Source: an uncultured Spirochaetaceae bacterium (GTDB taxonomy: Bacteria > Spirochaetota > Spirochaetia > Treponematales > Treponemataceae). Taken from it: 64,000 nt of DNA. The stretch lies in assembly GCA_937875245.1 (NCBI GenBank), contig CALNCH010000036.1, positions 6,093-70,092 of the forward strand, in the 5' to 3' direction. Position 1 is the stretch's first letter; every line of letters begins with the position of its first letter. Both the position numbers and the translations under genes were made by a program. The notes beneath the pieces were generated by a model that did not search any database, was not told where the DNA came from, and saw nothing but the letters and a program-made list of their open reading frames with translations. Shown here one piece after another: positions 1-8,208 of the stretch.

Positions 1-177
1 TATATTCAGGATGAACAAGAGGAAATCGAAATAGATGACACTAAGGAAAACCTTCAACTTAAAATAAAAGAATACGTTGATGATATTGCTAAATATAATA
101 AAAGACAAAAGCAATATATCCTAAATGGTAATGCTTCGGTATGGGTTAGGATGAAAATATTACAACGTCAAAGTTAG
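1..177 (+). CDS. hypothetical protein, C-terminal fragment (5' end outside window)
   Basis: Frame 1 is open from base 1 to TAG 175-177 (...NASVWVRMKILQRQS*). Same strand as the following early genes. Confidence 0.5.
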   Translation, partial: YIQDEQEEIEIDDTKENLQLKIKEYVDDIAKYNKRQKQYILNGNASVWVRMKILQRQS

Positions 178-255
178 TAAGTTTAGAACACTTTACTAGA
201 ATTAACTATTTAACTACGAATAATCATTAATAATTAATTAAATACAAATAAAAAG

Positions 256-717
256 ATGGCAAAAGATGTTTTAGCTGGAAAAGAGATTAAGGAAACAAAG
301 GTTTTAGGAAATGGTTTAACCATGTTAATCTTCACAGACGGTACATTCTCGGTAGTAAGTCAATTATCAGATAACTTAGATTTTGAAGAGCTTGGAATTG
401 AAGCTGGTGAATCATCAGATGACGATGATGACGAAGAAGAATCTGAAGAAGAGGAAGATGAAGATGATGAAGACGAGGATGAGGACAACGACGAAGAAGA
501 AGAGGACGAAGATGATGAGGAAGAAGGCGAAGAAATTACCGCTGAAGACCTATTAGCAATGGACTTCGATGACCTTGAAGACTTGGTAGACGACGAAGAA
601 TTGGATATCGATGTAGATGACTTCGATGAAGATGAAGACAAACTTCGTAAAGCAGTTGCAAAAGCAATGGGTATCAAATTACCAGCAGCAAAGGAAAAGA
701 AAGGAAAAAAGAAATAG
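256..717 (+). CDS. poly-acidic protein (possible DNA mimic)
   Basis: 153-aa ORF. Residues ~53-128 are almost pure D/E (SSDDDDDEEESEEEEDEDDEDEDEDNDEEEEDEDDEEEGEE...). Short Lys-rich tail. Confidence 0.8.
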   Translation: MAKDVLAGKEIKETKVLGNGLTMLIFTDGTFSVVSQLSDNLDFEELGIEAGESSDDDDDEEESEEEEDEDDEDEDEDNDEEEEDEDDEEEGEEITAEDLLAMDFDDLEDLVDDEELDIDVDDFDEDEDKLRKAVAKAMGIKLPAAKEKKGKKK

Positions 718-757
718 ACCCATTCCACTGGAATAAAACTATTCAAAAACTATTCTC

Positions 758-785
758 TAGTGGGGGGAATTAAAACACCCCACTA
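758..785 (+). terminator. hairpin after acidic-protein gene
   Basis: TAGTGGGG-N12-CCCCACTA, 8-bp perfect stem 40 nt after the TAG stop. Only a weak T-run follows. Confidence 0.4.
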
Positions 786-825
786 CTATTCAAATTTTTA
801 TTCATTAACACAAATCATTTAAAAG

Positions 826-1176
826 ATGGCAACACCAAAAAAAGGTAAAGAAGCAACTAAAGAAGCTCCGGCTAAAAAGGTAAGAGAAAAGAAAGCACCT
901 AAAGACTCTTATTTAAAAGATAACTACGTAGTAATCAACCCAGAATCATTCAATGGAGTTCGTACTTCAGTTCAACACATTAGAGGGGTAGGCTCAATCG
1001 TTAGAGAAGAAGCAATCAACAAGGACGGAATCGTTACTGCTATCTCTTCAATCTTTATTCCAGGAGTTAAGGTTAAAACCAAAAAGGATTTCAAATACTT
1101 AATTGTCGACAAAGGACCTAAATCGAAAAAAGGTAAAGCTGGTGCCGAAGACGAAGAAGATGAGTCTGAAGATTAA
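826..1176 (+). CDS. Lys-rich hypothetical protein with acidic C-terminus
   Basis: 116-aa ORF. N-terminus MATPKKGKEATKEAPAKKVREKKAPKD. Followed by a terminator. Confidence 0.75.
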   Translation: MATPKKGKEATKEAPAKKVREKKAPKDSYLKDNYVVINPESFNGVRTSVQHIRGVGSIVREEAINKDGIVTAISSIFIPGVKVKTKKDFKYLIVDKGPKSKKGKAGAEDEEDESED

Positions 1177-1225
1177 CAACAAACAATAAATATTAATCAT
1201 TTCGAAATTTTAACATCAAAAGCTT

Positions 1226-1249
1226 AGCCTAACCGCTAGGCTTTTTTTC
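1226..1249 (+). terminator. rho-independent terminator
   Basis: AGCCTA-accgc-TAGGCT followed by TTTTTTT. Confidence 0.7.
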
Positions 1250-1266
1250 TTTAAAGCAATTACATT

Positions 1267-1503
1267 ATGGTAGCAGAATTAACAGATCAAGAGTTATTTA
1301 TTATAGCTGAATCGGTAAACTTGTATCTTATGAGTTTAAATCAAACTAGAGAAGCCTATACTAACGTAAAGAATGAAACAAATAAAGAAAAAGAAAAGAT
1401 AGAATTACAATCCGAAATTAATATCGCAACAGAAATGATTGAGGCTGGTGCTAACCTATTAAAGAAACTTAATCTAGAGGACCATGACATTCATCAAGTA
1501 TAG
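1267..1503 (+). CDS. hypothetical protein
   Basis: 78-aa ORF starting 18 nt after the terminator. Overlaps the next ORF by 20 nt. Confidence 0.6.
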   Translation: MVAELTDQELFIIAESVNLYLMSLNQTREAYTNVKNETNKEKEKIELQSEINIATEMIEAGANLLKKLNLEDHDIHQV

Positions 1504-2188
1504 TAGATATATCAGTGGCTTAAAGGCAGATAGTAAGTTAGGTAGTTACGCTAATAGAAGAGGCAGAAGTATCATAAAGATGCATAACCTTATTAATGAT
1601 GACCCCGCTTACAGTACCGGTATCCCAGAAGAAAAGCTAATGGTAAAAAAATATTGGCCTTCTAACAGGAGAGATGTAAGTCCGGTATATTCTAGGCTGA
1701 TCTACTTAATCTCAACATATTTCAATTGTTACAGTGTATGGGTTTATAAAGTAATACCCGGAACTAATGAACCAGTAAAATCAGTATGGCATTTCGGATA
1801 TAAAGAAGAAGTAATGCTTACGGCAAAGTATGTAGCTAATGAAATAAACAATTTAGAATTGCTTAAATTCAGTAGACAACAAAAATACAGAAAGACTAAA
1901 AAGCGAAGCAGAAGGAAAAACTATAATGTTACTACAGCTGACGCTAGAACTAAAGCTATCAACTTTAGGAATGCATACCTTGAACAGATAGAAGAACATT
2001 GGGCTAAAGCTTTAGATAACAAAATACTTAACCCATTGGCTATCAAGAAATATGAGACTATCTCAGAATACATAACACAACACCTAGAACTTGAATACAA
2101 GAAATTCAAATATAAAGGAAAGCCAGTATTCAGTGGAGCATTCTGTAGAAAAGGCCACTATAAGAAAAATCAAGTAATACGAGGTTAA
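1484..2188 (+). CDS. hypothetical protein (basic)
   Basis: 234-aa ATG-initiated ORF, co-directional and tightly packed. Confidence 0.7.
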   Translation: MTFIKYSRYISGLKADSKLGSYANRRGRSIIKMHNLINDDPAYSTGIPEEKLMVKKYWPSNRRDVSPVYSRLIYLISTYFNCYSVWVYKVIPGTNEPVKSVWHFGYKEEVMLTAKYVANEINNLELLKFSRQQKYRKTKKRSRRKNYNVTTADARTKAINFRNAYLEQIEEHWAKALDNKILNPLAIKKYETISEYITQHLELEYKKFKYKGKPVFSGAFCRKGHYKKNQVIRG

Positions 2189-2190
2189 CT

Positions 2191-2216
2191 TAGTGTTCAT
2201 TAATATCATATATTTG
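2191..2216 (+). promoter_or_regulatory. early promoter cassette copy 1
   Basis: TAGTGTT (2191-2197), N11, then TATATTTG (2209-2216). The -7 box fits Bacteroidota TAnnTTTG. ATG at 2231. Confidence 0.65.
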
Positions 2217-2230
2217 TATAAATAATAAAT

Positions 2231-2395
2231 ATGAAACTAATATATTTTTTAGCAGCATTAAACGTTGTACTAGTTTTAATCATCCTAATCATTGTTTGGT
2301 TATGGAGGAGAGAAGAAGCAAAAGAATTAGAAAAAATAAAAAAGAGAAACGATGAATTGGGACAGATTAGAGAAGGTAGTAAGCAGAGCAAGTAA
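2231..2395 (+). CDS. small membrane protein (54 aa)
   Basis: Not in the ORF track (<60 aa). MKLIYFLAALNVVLVLIILIIVWLWRREEAKELEKIKKRNDELGQIREGSKQSK. ATG lies 14 nt after the promoter -7 box. One clear TM helix. Confidence 0.55.
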   Translation: MKLIYFLAALNVVLVLIILIIVWLWRREEAKELEKIKKRNDELGQIREGSKQSK

Positions 2396-2666
2396 TCAAT
2401 CTTCTAAAGAATGGATACCTTCAATTACTTTTGAAACAGCAGAAAACATTATAACAGAGTTCAATCTAAGATTTCCTGAAGAAAGGTTATATAGACAGAT
2501 TGATGATTTACAACCAGAAGGTTGGTACCATGTTACGGAAGATTGCCAGGACTTTGGGATAGTAACAAACAGATTAGGTAGGTATATTATCTACAGCACA
2601 ATCGGAGAGAATAATTTTACAGAGTTCATCAAAAGTAAAAATTTAGTTTACACTGTGTTTAATTAA
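2352..2666 (+). CDS. hypothetical protein
   Basis: 104-aa ATG ORF. Overlaps the end of the 2231-2395 ORF in another frame. Confidence 0.55.
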   Translation: MNWDRLEKVVSRASNQSSKEWIPSITFETAENIITEFNLRFPEERLYRQIDDLQPEGWYHVTEDCQDFGIVTNRLGRYIIYSTIGENNFTEFIKSKNLVYTVFN

Positions 2667-2678
2667 TATGTATATTTG
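2653..2678 (+). promoter_or_regulatory. early promoter cassette copy 2
   Basis: CTGTGTT, N11, then TATATTTG (2671-2678), followed by leader TCTTATAAATAATAAATA. ATG at 2707. Confidence 0.6.
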
Positions 2679-2706
2679 TCTTATAAATAATAAATATTAA
2701 AATCCT

Positions 2707-2919
2707 ATGAACCTATTATTCAAAATCAGCATAACATTATTCATATTAGTTATACTAATGATGCCTGCAACATTTATATTAAAGATATGGGATATAATAG
2801 ATCGTATATTGTATAATAAATTGATGGATACATATTGTGTAATATTGATGGTTTTATTCTTTCCAACTTTAGTAACATTTAGGTTATCAAGTTACTATAC
2901 GAAAATAGACAATAAGTAA
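2707..2919 (+). CDS. small membrane protein
   Basis: 70 aa with two hydrophobic helices (ISITLFILVILMMPATFIL; VILMVLFFPTLVTF). Confidence 0.65.
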   Translation: MNLLFKISITLFILVILMMPATFILKIWDIIDRILYNKLMDTYCVILMVLFFPTLVTFRLSSYYTKIDNK

Positions 2920-2921
2920 TC

Positions 2922-3317
2922 ATGAGCATCATAAACATTCTATACCTCATGGATGAGCTCAAAAGGCTCAAACAGCAATTAAGGAATTTAGATATTGAAT
3001 ATCGCAAAAAGGTAATAGGCGTAGTTTATAATCGGAAAAGAAACTTATTAGAAGATAAGGTTAAGAAACAAACCGAAAAAATACGTAAAGTTATTTCACC
3101 AGGCTCTATAGCAAAATGGGAAATAACAATAGAAACCGAAATGGGTATAGAATACAGATATGTTAATTATCCTTCTAACTATGACAAGTTAGATATTATC
3201 AAAGTTCTTAACGCAATGTTATATATCAATAAAGAACCAGAAATCAAACTAATTGATGTACAGCTAATAGGCACAGTAGAAATGGGTAAAGTCTATAATC
3301 ATTCCGGTTTAGAATAA
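2922..3317 (+). CDS. hypothetical protein
   Basis: 131-aa ORF starting 2 nt after the previous stop. Confidence 0.7.
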   Translation: MSIINILYLMDELKRLKQQLRNLDIEYRKKVIGVVYNRKRNLLEDKVKKQTEKIRKVISPGSIAKWEITIETEMGIEYRYVNYPSNYDKLDIIKVLNAMLYINKEPEIKLIDVQLIGTVEMGKVYNHSGLE

Positions 3318-3387
3318 ATCTCAAGAGTTCAGAGATATGGGGAAACCTATACTATATAATTTCGAAAACATTTAATAAATAATAGAA

Positions 3388-3996
3388 ATGGCAAAAGTAT
3401 TCAAAACGTTAGACGAGGCAATAGAAGCTCAGGAAGCTCAAGCCAAAAAGATCAAACTGGTGAAACAGGAACTTACTTCTTATTACAAAAAGCATAAGCT
3501 TAACCGATTAGAAGATTACGCAGACAATGCAAAGCATGGTCCTAAAATTAAGAAGCTTCAAACTCAAATAGATAACGAAAGCGAATTATTAACACAAATC
3601 AATAGTCAAATGGCAAAATTAGACAAAGGCGGCAAGAAGATCGCTGAAAAGAAAGCTGAGAAGGCGGAAAAGGGTCCTGCAAAAGGGGTAACCAAGTATG
3701 AGTATCCACCAGAAGTAGATACACCAGACAAAAGAAAAAAATACCGTATCGAACAACGTAAATTGGCTAACGGTGATGCCCCTAAGGCTAAGAAAGAAAA
3801 GGCTGGTAAAGAAGAAGCTAAAAGCAAAGATAAAGCTTCAACCAAAACAACTAAAGACACTGCTAAGGTGGAGGAGACAAAGACTTCTAAAAAGGTAAAG
3901 TCTAAAACAAAGACAGAACCGGTAAAAGAAGAGAAAGCTTCTAAAAGCAGCAAAAAGAAAATCGCTGGCAAAAAAACAAAAAAGGCTGACGATTAA
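3388..3996 (+). CDS. Lys-rich low-complexity protein
   Basis: 202 aa. The C-terminal half is K/E/A/T low complexity. Contains YEYPPEVDTPDKRKKYR, a motif shared with the 10500-10901 product. Confidence 0.75.
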   Translation: MAKVFKTLDEAIEAQEAQAKKIKLVKQELTSYYKKHKLNRLEDYADNAKHGPKIKKLQTQIDNESELLTQINSQMAKLDKGGKKIAEKKAEKAEKGPAKGVTKYEYPPEVDTPDKRKKYRIEQRKLANGDAPKAKKEKAGKEEAKSKDKASTKTTKDTAKVEETKTSKKVKSKTKTEPVKEEKASKSSKKKIAGKKTKKADD

Positions 3997-4017
3997 CAAT
4001 CACTTAATATAAAACAA

Positions 4018-4050
4018 AAGGACATTTCTCATCAAGGTTATGTCCTTTTC
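4018..4050 (+). terminator. rho-independent terminator
   Basis: AAGGACAT-N14-ATGTCCTT followed by a T-rich run. Confidence 0.7.
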
Positions 4051-4067
4051 TAATTTTTAGAGAGAGC

Positions 4068-4859
4068 ATGGTTAAGAAACTAAGAATACAAAAGTTAGAT
4101 GAGAATGGGGTTACTATAGAGGATAGGCTGGTGGATCAAACCAACGAATTCTATATAGGTCCTAAAGACAAACACTTAGGTCCTTTAAAGATAGAACTTT
4201 GTTTATTCAATCCAGAGGACGTAGAGTCATCTATAGCATACTTACTTAAGTTAAAAGGGGATTTACCTATAGAAACAAAAACAGTAGAAACTAGAGGTAG
4301 AAAAAGGACAGAGTCTACAGTATACTCCAATGTATCAAGAGAACAGGCTTTAAAGGAATCCTTAGAAGCAGCAAAGGACCAGGATGATTTCATTACAAAG
4401 CTTAGAGAATTGGGATTTGTATTTGTAGAGTCTGATAGGCTTCAAACATTATTACCTGAAAACTATAAAATAAAACAGAGACACCTAGAACATTACCAAT
4501 GGATGATCAAAGTTATCAAAACAGCAAAAGATCCTAGAAACGATAAATTTGATCCTTCCTTGTTAGTAGGAATACATATCATGTACAAGGACAATAGGTC
4601 AGATAAGATGGTAGTCTATTTGAATGGTGAAATGGATAGTACCATTAAAAAAGAACTACCTTCAGAAAAGAAAATGTTTGATTTCCTTAAAACCAATCTT
4701 ATCAAGTATCCTCACTATATGACTTATGAGGAAAGAGATAAATGGGGAATTGAGCACAGGCTATTACTTAATAACCCAGAAAAGCAACCATCTAAATTCT
4801 ATCAACGATGGGAGAAGGATGTTACAGTAGGAGAAGAATTACAAATCACAAAACAATAG
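4068..4859 (+). CDS. hypothetical protein
   Basis: 263-aa ORF following the terminator. Confidence 0.75.
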   Translation: MVKKLRIQKLDENGVTIEDRLVDQTNEFYIGPKDKHLGPLKIELCLFNPEDVESSIAYLLKLKGDLPIETKTVETRGRKRTESTVYSNVSREQALKESLEAAKDQDDFITKLRELGFVFVESDRLQTLLPENYKIKQRHLEHYQWMIKVIKTAKDPRNDKFDPSLLVGIHIMYKDNRSDKMVVYLNGEMDSTIKKELPSEKKMFDFLKTNLIKYPHYMTYEERDKWGIEHRLLLNNPEKQPSKFYQRWEKDVTVGEELQITKQ

Positions 4860-4863
4860 TATT

Positions 4864-5217
4864 ATGAGTAATGATGAAAACAAAATCTCAGATCAAATTG
4901 ATGGGGGTTTAAAAGCCAAAGATGAAGATCAGGCTAGAAGAGATGATATCTTGATATCAATCTGTAAAGAAAGGGAAAGACAAATTTCACTATAGGGACC
5001 AAAAGATGATAATCCTCCAGTTGCTTGGGCTTTAATAATAGGTAAGCAATTAGGACAATTAAATCATGGTGTAATGAAAGCTGCTAAAGCAGATCAGAAT
5101 GAGCTAGGTGAATTAGAGTTTACCACTAATATGGATCTCTATAAAAGAAAACTTATACAAATAGCAGCTGTATGTATAGCAGCAATAGAAGAGTTCGAAA
5201 TCAAAACAGAAAAATAA
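4864..5217 (+). pseudogene. MazG-like (all-alpha NTP pyrophosphohydrolase-like) gene interrupted by an in-frame TAG
   Basis: ATG 4864; TAG at 4993-4995; the same frame stays open to TAA 5215-5217. Conceptual product ...CKERERQISL*GPKDDNPPVAWALIIGKQLGQL...LIQIAAVCIAAIEEFE. The stop sits where related proteins have W in ERxRQxxKWG. Confidence 0.45.
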
Positions 5218-5223
5218 ATAAAA

Positions 5224-5724
5224 ATGGCAAGAAATAGGTATTCAAAAAAGACAATCGTTAACACATCAAAAGGAAACCAGCAATTGTTAACTACATTAGC
5301 CGAAAGGTATATGTCAGAGGTAATGGCAAATGATTTTAATCATGAGGCTACAGACGTTTTAAACATCTTTGAGAAATTAGATAAACAATGGAGAGAACAT
5401 GCCAGAGGAATTATCAACAGAATGCCCAAACTGTATACAGACTCTAAGAGAAGAGTTAACCTTACAACTACTTTCTTGGTAATGGTTCGTAAATTAAAGG
5501 ATAGTGGTAATAAACCAATTGGAGAAGTAATGGAAATGAATGAGCCATTCGATTGGAAAGCACAGCCCGTAGAGAAAATCATTGAAGCATTCAAGATTAC
5601 ATTACCTAAATACAATTCAAAGGCTAGAACGGTTAAAGGTTTAGAAAAAATCTATGATGAATTAGAACCTGACCAAGTATCTATCTTTACGAAGAGCCTT
5701 ATAGACTTAGTAAAAACTAACTAG
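5224..5724 (+). CDS. hypothetical protein
   Basis: 166-aa ORF, 6 nt after the preceding TAA. Confidence 0.7.
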   Translation: MARNRYSKKTIVNTSKGNQQLLTTLAERYMSEVMANDFNHEATDVLNIFEKLDKQWREHARGIINRMPKLYTDSKRRVNLTTTFLVMVRKLKDSGNKPIGEVMEMNEPFDWKAQPVEKIIEAFKITLPKYNSKARTVKGLEKIYDELEPDQVSIFTKSLIDLVKTN

Positions 5725-5757
5725 AATACTTTTTACTAATATATTAAATTAAAGGAA

Positions 5758-6150
5758 ATGGAAAACACTAGGAGTATCAACAGATTAAAATATAGAAAGG
5801 GTAAGAAATCATTTATGCGCTTAACCGAAATGCAAAAGTTCGGTATGGACCCAGCCAGAATTAAACTTCTGCCTTGGTTCAATGAAAAACAGGTTTTAGT
5901 TGGTTTACATATGGACGAGGATAAAGCCATCGGTAATCACTGGGTAGGCTGGGTTCTGTATGAAGACGGCGAAGTAATAACCCAAACATTTAGCAATAAA
6001 CTATCCGCCCATGATTGGATTATTGCTAAAGGTGAAAGGCATATACGTCGAAGAAAAATACAGAACCACCTTGTCCTTTACCAAGTCCTGGCTATAGTGA
6101 TAGTGATTGTTTTACTGGTTATATTTTCGGTTATCAAAATGTATACCTAG
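5758..6150 (+). CDS. tail-anchored membrane protein
   Basis: 130 aa. C-terminal TM helix LVLYQVLAIVIVIVLLVIFSVI. Confidence 0.7.
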   Translation: MENTRSINRLKYRKGKKSFMRLTEMQKFGMDPARIKLLPWFNEKQVLVGLHMDEDKAIGNHWVGWVLYEDGEVITQTFSNKLSAHDWIIAKGERHIRRRKIQNHLVLYQVLAIVIVIVLLVIFSVIKMYT

Positions 6151-6173
6151 TGTTTTTCTTTTTTATATATTTG
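6148..6173 (+). promoter_or_regulatory. early promoter cassette copy 3
   Basis: TAGTGTT (6148-6154), N11, then TATATTTG (6166-6173). ATG at 6213. Confidence 0.6.
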
Positions 6174-6212
6174 TAAAATAATAATTAAATAAATATAAGA
6201 TACAAAATTTAT

Positions 6213-6587
6213 ATGACTATAATCACTGATTTTACACCAGCACAAAGTGAAATTATAAAAGATATATGTTTCAAGCAATTGGACTCATTAAGAAGACTAT
6301 ACCAAAACAAACCATTAGGTAGTATTTTAATTGAGGATGAATTAAAGGAACATAACGTAAAACTTGAAGATTTCAGAGAAGAGCTCGAAAATAAACTATT
6401 TAAGTTTAAACAGTTATCAAGGAACCATAAGACCTTAGCTTCTATGACTCAGGAGGATTTATCAGCATTTCGTCATATATTAGCAAACATAGAAGACCAT
6501 TACAATAAGAAATATCCGAAGGCAGTCTCTAATTTATGGCAAAAGTTATTTTTTATAGAAGGCTTACAAACTCAAAATTTTAATTAA
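6213..6587 (+). CDS. hypothetical protein
   Basis: 124-aa ORF downstream of promoter copy 3. Confidence 0.7.
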   Translation: MTIITDFTPAQSEIIKDICFKQLDSLRRLYQNKPLGSILIEDELKEHNVKLEDFREELENKLFKFKQLSRNHKTLASMTQEDLSAFRHILANIEDHYNKKYPKAVSNLWQKLFFIEGLQTQNFN

Positions 6588-6600
6588 ACGTTGTTTCGAC

Positions 6601-6660
6601 GGGATACTGGGCAATAGCTTTTATTTAGTTGCATTTATTTCAGTTATCTAACAGTATCCC
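6601..6660 (+). repeat. 9-bp inverted repeat just upstream of the tRNA
   Basis: GGGATACTG (6601-6609) pairs with CAGTATCCC (6652-6660), enclosing 42 nt. It ends 4 nt before the tRNA 5' end. Confidence 0.5.
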
Positions 6661-6664
6661 ACCT

Positions 6665-6738
6665 GGTTCATTAGCTCAGTTGGTTAGAGCAGGTCACTCA
6701 TAATGATCAGGTCCCAAGTTCGATCCTTGGATGAACCA
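6665..6738 (+). tRNA. tRNA, anticodon CAT (elongator Met or lysidine-modified Ile2 type)
   Basis: Hand-folded cloverleaf. Acceptor GGTTCAT/ATGAACC, D-arm GCTC-AGTTGGTTA-GAGC, anticodon arm GGTCA-CTCATAA-TGATC, T-arm CCAAG-TTCGATC-CTTGG, discriminator A. No encoded CCA. 1:72 is paired, so it is not initiator-like. Confidence 0.9.
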
Positions 6739-6758
6739 CTAAACTAAAAACTTATATT

Positions 6759-6977
6759 ATGTTAAGGAATAAAGTAGTATCATCAAATATTCAATCAATT
6801 GGATATGATGAAAAAACAAAGGTACTAGAGGTAGAGTTTTATAACCAGAAGGTATTTCAATATACACCAATAGCACCAGAAGGATACCAACTATTATTAA
6901 GTGCAGAAAGCATTGGTTCATTCTTCAACCAACATATAAAAAATAACCCTCAAGTAACATGTACTCAGGTTCTTTAG
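6759..6977 (+). CDS. KTSC domain-containing protein
   Basis: 72 aa. VSSNIQSIGYDEKTKVLEVEFYNQKVFQYTPIAPEGYQLLLSAESIGSFFNQHIK matches the KTSC pattern (S..I..iGYd....L.V.F..g..Y.Y..vp...y..l..a.S.G.yfn..Ik). Confidence 0.7.
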   Translation: MLRNKVVSSNIQSIGYDEKTKVLEVEFYNQKVFQYTPIAPEGYQLLLSAESIGSFFNQHIKNNPQVTCTQVL

Positions 6978-7016
6978 TAGGGATTGCTTTTTTAGATTAT
7001 TTATTATTTTTATTTT

Positions 7017-7041
7017 ACCCGGGGTTCTTCTCCGGGTTTTC
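7017..7041 (+). terminator. rho-independent terminator
   Basis: ACCCGG-N9-CCGGGT followed by TTTT. Confidence 0.65.
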
Positions 7042-7053
7042 TTTGCGTATACT

Positions 7054-7079
7054 TAGTGTTCTAATAATTCATATATTTG
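7054..7079 (+). promoter_or_regulatory. early promoter cassette copy 4
   Basis: TAGTGTT (7054-7060), N11, then TATATTTG (7072-7079), followed by leader TATAAATAATAAAAATAAATAAAAC. ATG at 7105. Confidence 0.65.
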
Positions 7080-7104
7080 TATAAATAATAAAAATAAATA
7101 AAAC

Positions 7105-7401
7105 ATGAGCTTAGTAGGAAAAACCATTAAATACAATACAGAGAATGGGCTACAACAAGGAGTAGTAGTTGATAAGGTAATAGGTTATTATTCACCAGAT
7201 AAATTTGCCCACACTAGATATCTAGTAGAACATCCATTTGATGGTACGATTACAATAGTACCTTATCACAAAGTATATTGTATCATAAAACAAAGAGAAA
7301 TACCTAACGTACCAGAAAGCGATAGAGTTAATCTCAATAATAAATTACCCGGTATCATACCAAAATCATCTTGGCCAAAAATAGCTAAAAACCCAGAATA
7401 A
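7105..7401 (+). CDS. hypothetical small beta-rich protein
   Basis: 98 aa. The N-terminal GKTIKYNTENGLQQGVVVDK resembles GKKVWFKTTENKNEKGKVLDK of the 20408-20590 product. Confidence 0.7.
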   Translation: MSLVGKTIKYNTENGLQQGVVVDKVIGYYSPDKFAHTRYLVEHPFDGTITIVPYHKVYCIIKQREIPNVPESDRVNLNNKLPGIIPKSSWPKIAKNPE

Positions 7402-7402
7402 T

Positions 7403-7885
7403 ATGTGTATACATTGCCAATTTAACCACAACAGAAAAAAGGTAAACAAGGACATCTTAGTTAGATGTAGACAAAACCCTAATTTACTATTTTGTTCAGA
7501 TGCTCAAAATGACAAGGTCATTCAGAATCTGATATCACTAATTCCAGGATTACCAGAAAAACGTAATCTTATGGCAGAAACTATCCTAAATCTTAGGGTT
7601 GAATATTACAATCACAAATTAGGTATTCAGGAGTACAGGTTAGTAGATTACATAAAGGACTTAACGGATTACGTTAACGTATACAACCAATTAAATTTAA
7701 AACCTTTTGAGCTATTACCTTTAACCACTTTATTATATCAAGAACGTGATATTCTAGTAACTAGTAGTTATATCTTAAATAAGATTTCATTTAGGAAAAG
7801 AAACTTTACTAGGTTTAAGAAAAAATACACATACATCCACTCTTGGTTCTATATGTTACTATTAAAATTTAAACTGGTAAAATAA
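7403..7885 (+). CDS. hypothetical protein
   Basis: 160-aa ORF, 1 nt after the previous stop. Confidence 0.65.
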   Translation: MCIHCQFNHNRKKVNKDILVRCRQNPNLLFCSDAQNDKVIQNLISLIPGLPEKRNLMAETILNLRVEYYNHKLGIQEYRLVDYIKDLTDYVNVYNQLNLKPFELLPLTTLLYQERDILVTSSYILNKISFRKRNFTRFKKKYTYIHSWFYMLLLKFKLVK

Positions 7886-8208
7886 TGAGGAGAACAGAAA
7901 AAGGAGAATTTTATTCAATAGACGTTTGCACTAAATGCGAAAAAAGGTTAACTGATAACCAATTATTATATTCTAATGCTACTTGTCCCCATTGTGGTAA
8001 CACAGATAGAGGTACAGTAATAGATTACAAGAAGATAACTTTAAGAAAGGTTATTACCTATGAACTTTATAAGATAATAGGAGGTTTAAGAATAAAAAAG
8101 AACAAGTTAGTAACATTTGAAGGAGCAACACATGACGACCACCTCTGGGTAAAAAGAAATAACCCAGATGGTTGTTATGAAAAAGAAGAAAACAATGACA
8201 AGGATTAA
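7885..8208 (+). CDS. zinc-ribbon protein
   Basis: 107 aa with CTKC...CPHC (two CxxC pairs). The start overlaps the previous stop. Confidence 0.65.
   Translation: MRRTEKGEFYSIDVCTKCEKRLTDNQLLYSNATCPHCGNTDRGTVIDYKKITLRKVITYELYKIIGGLRIKKNKLVTFEGATHDDHLWVKRNNPDGCYEKEENNDKD

Noticed and set aside
360-746. 128-aa minus-strand ORF rich in poly-Ser, opposite the acidic protein gene
   Set aside because: It is a mirror-image artefact of the GAA/GAT/GAC repeat tract. It lies antisense to a well-supported gene in a uniformly plus-strand operon.
6665-6738. Idea that the phage tRNA is an amber suppressor explaining the two in-frame TAGs
   Set aside because: The hand-folded anticodon loop is CTCATAA, so the anticodon is CAT, not CTA.
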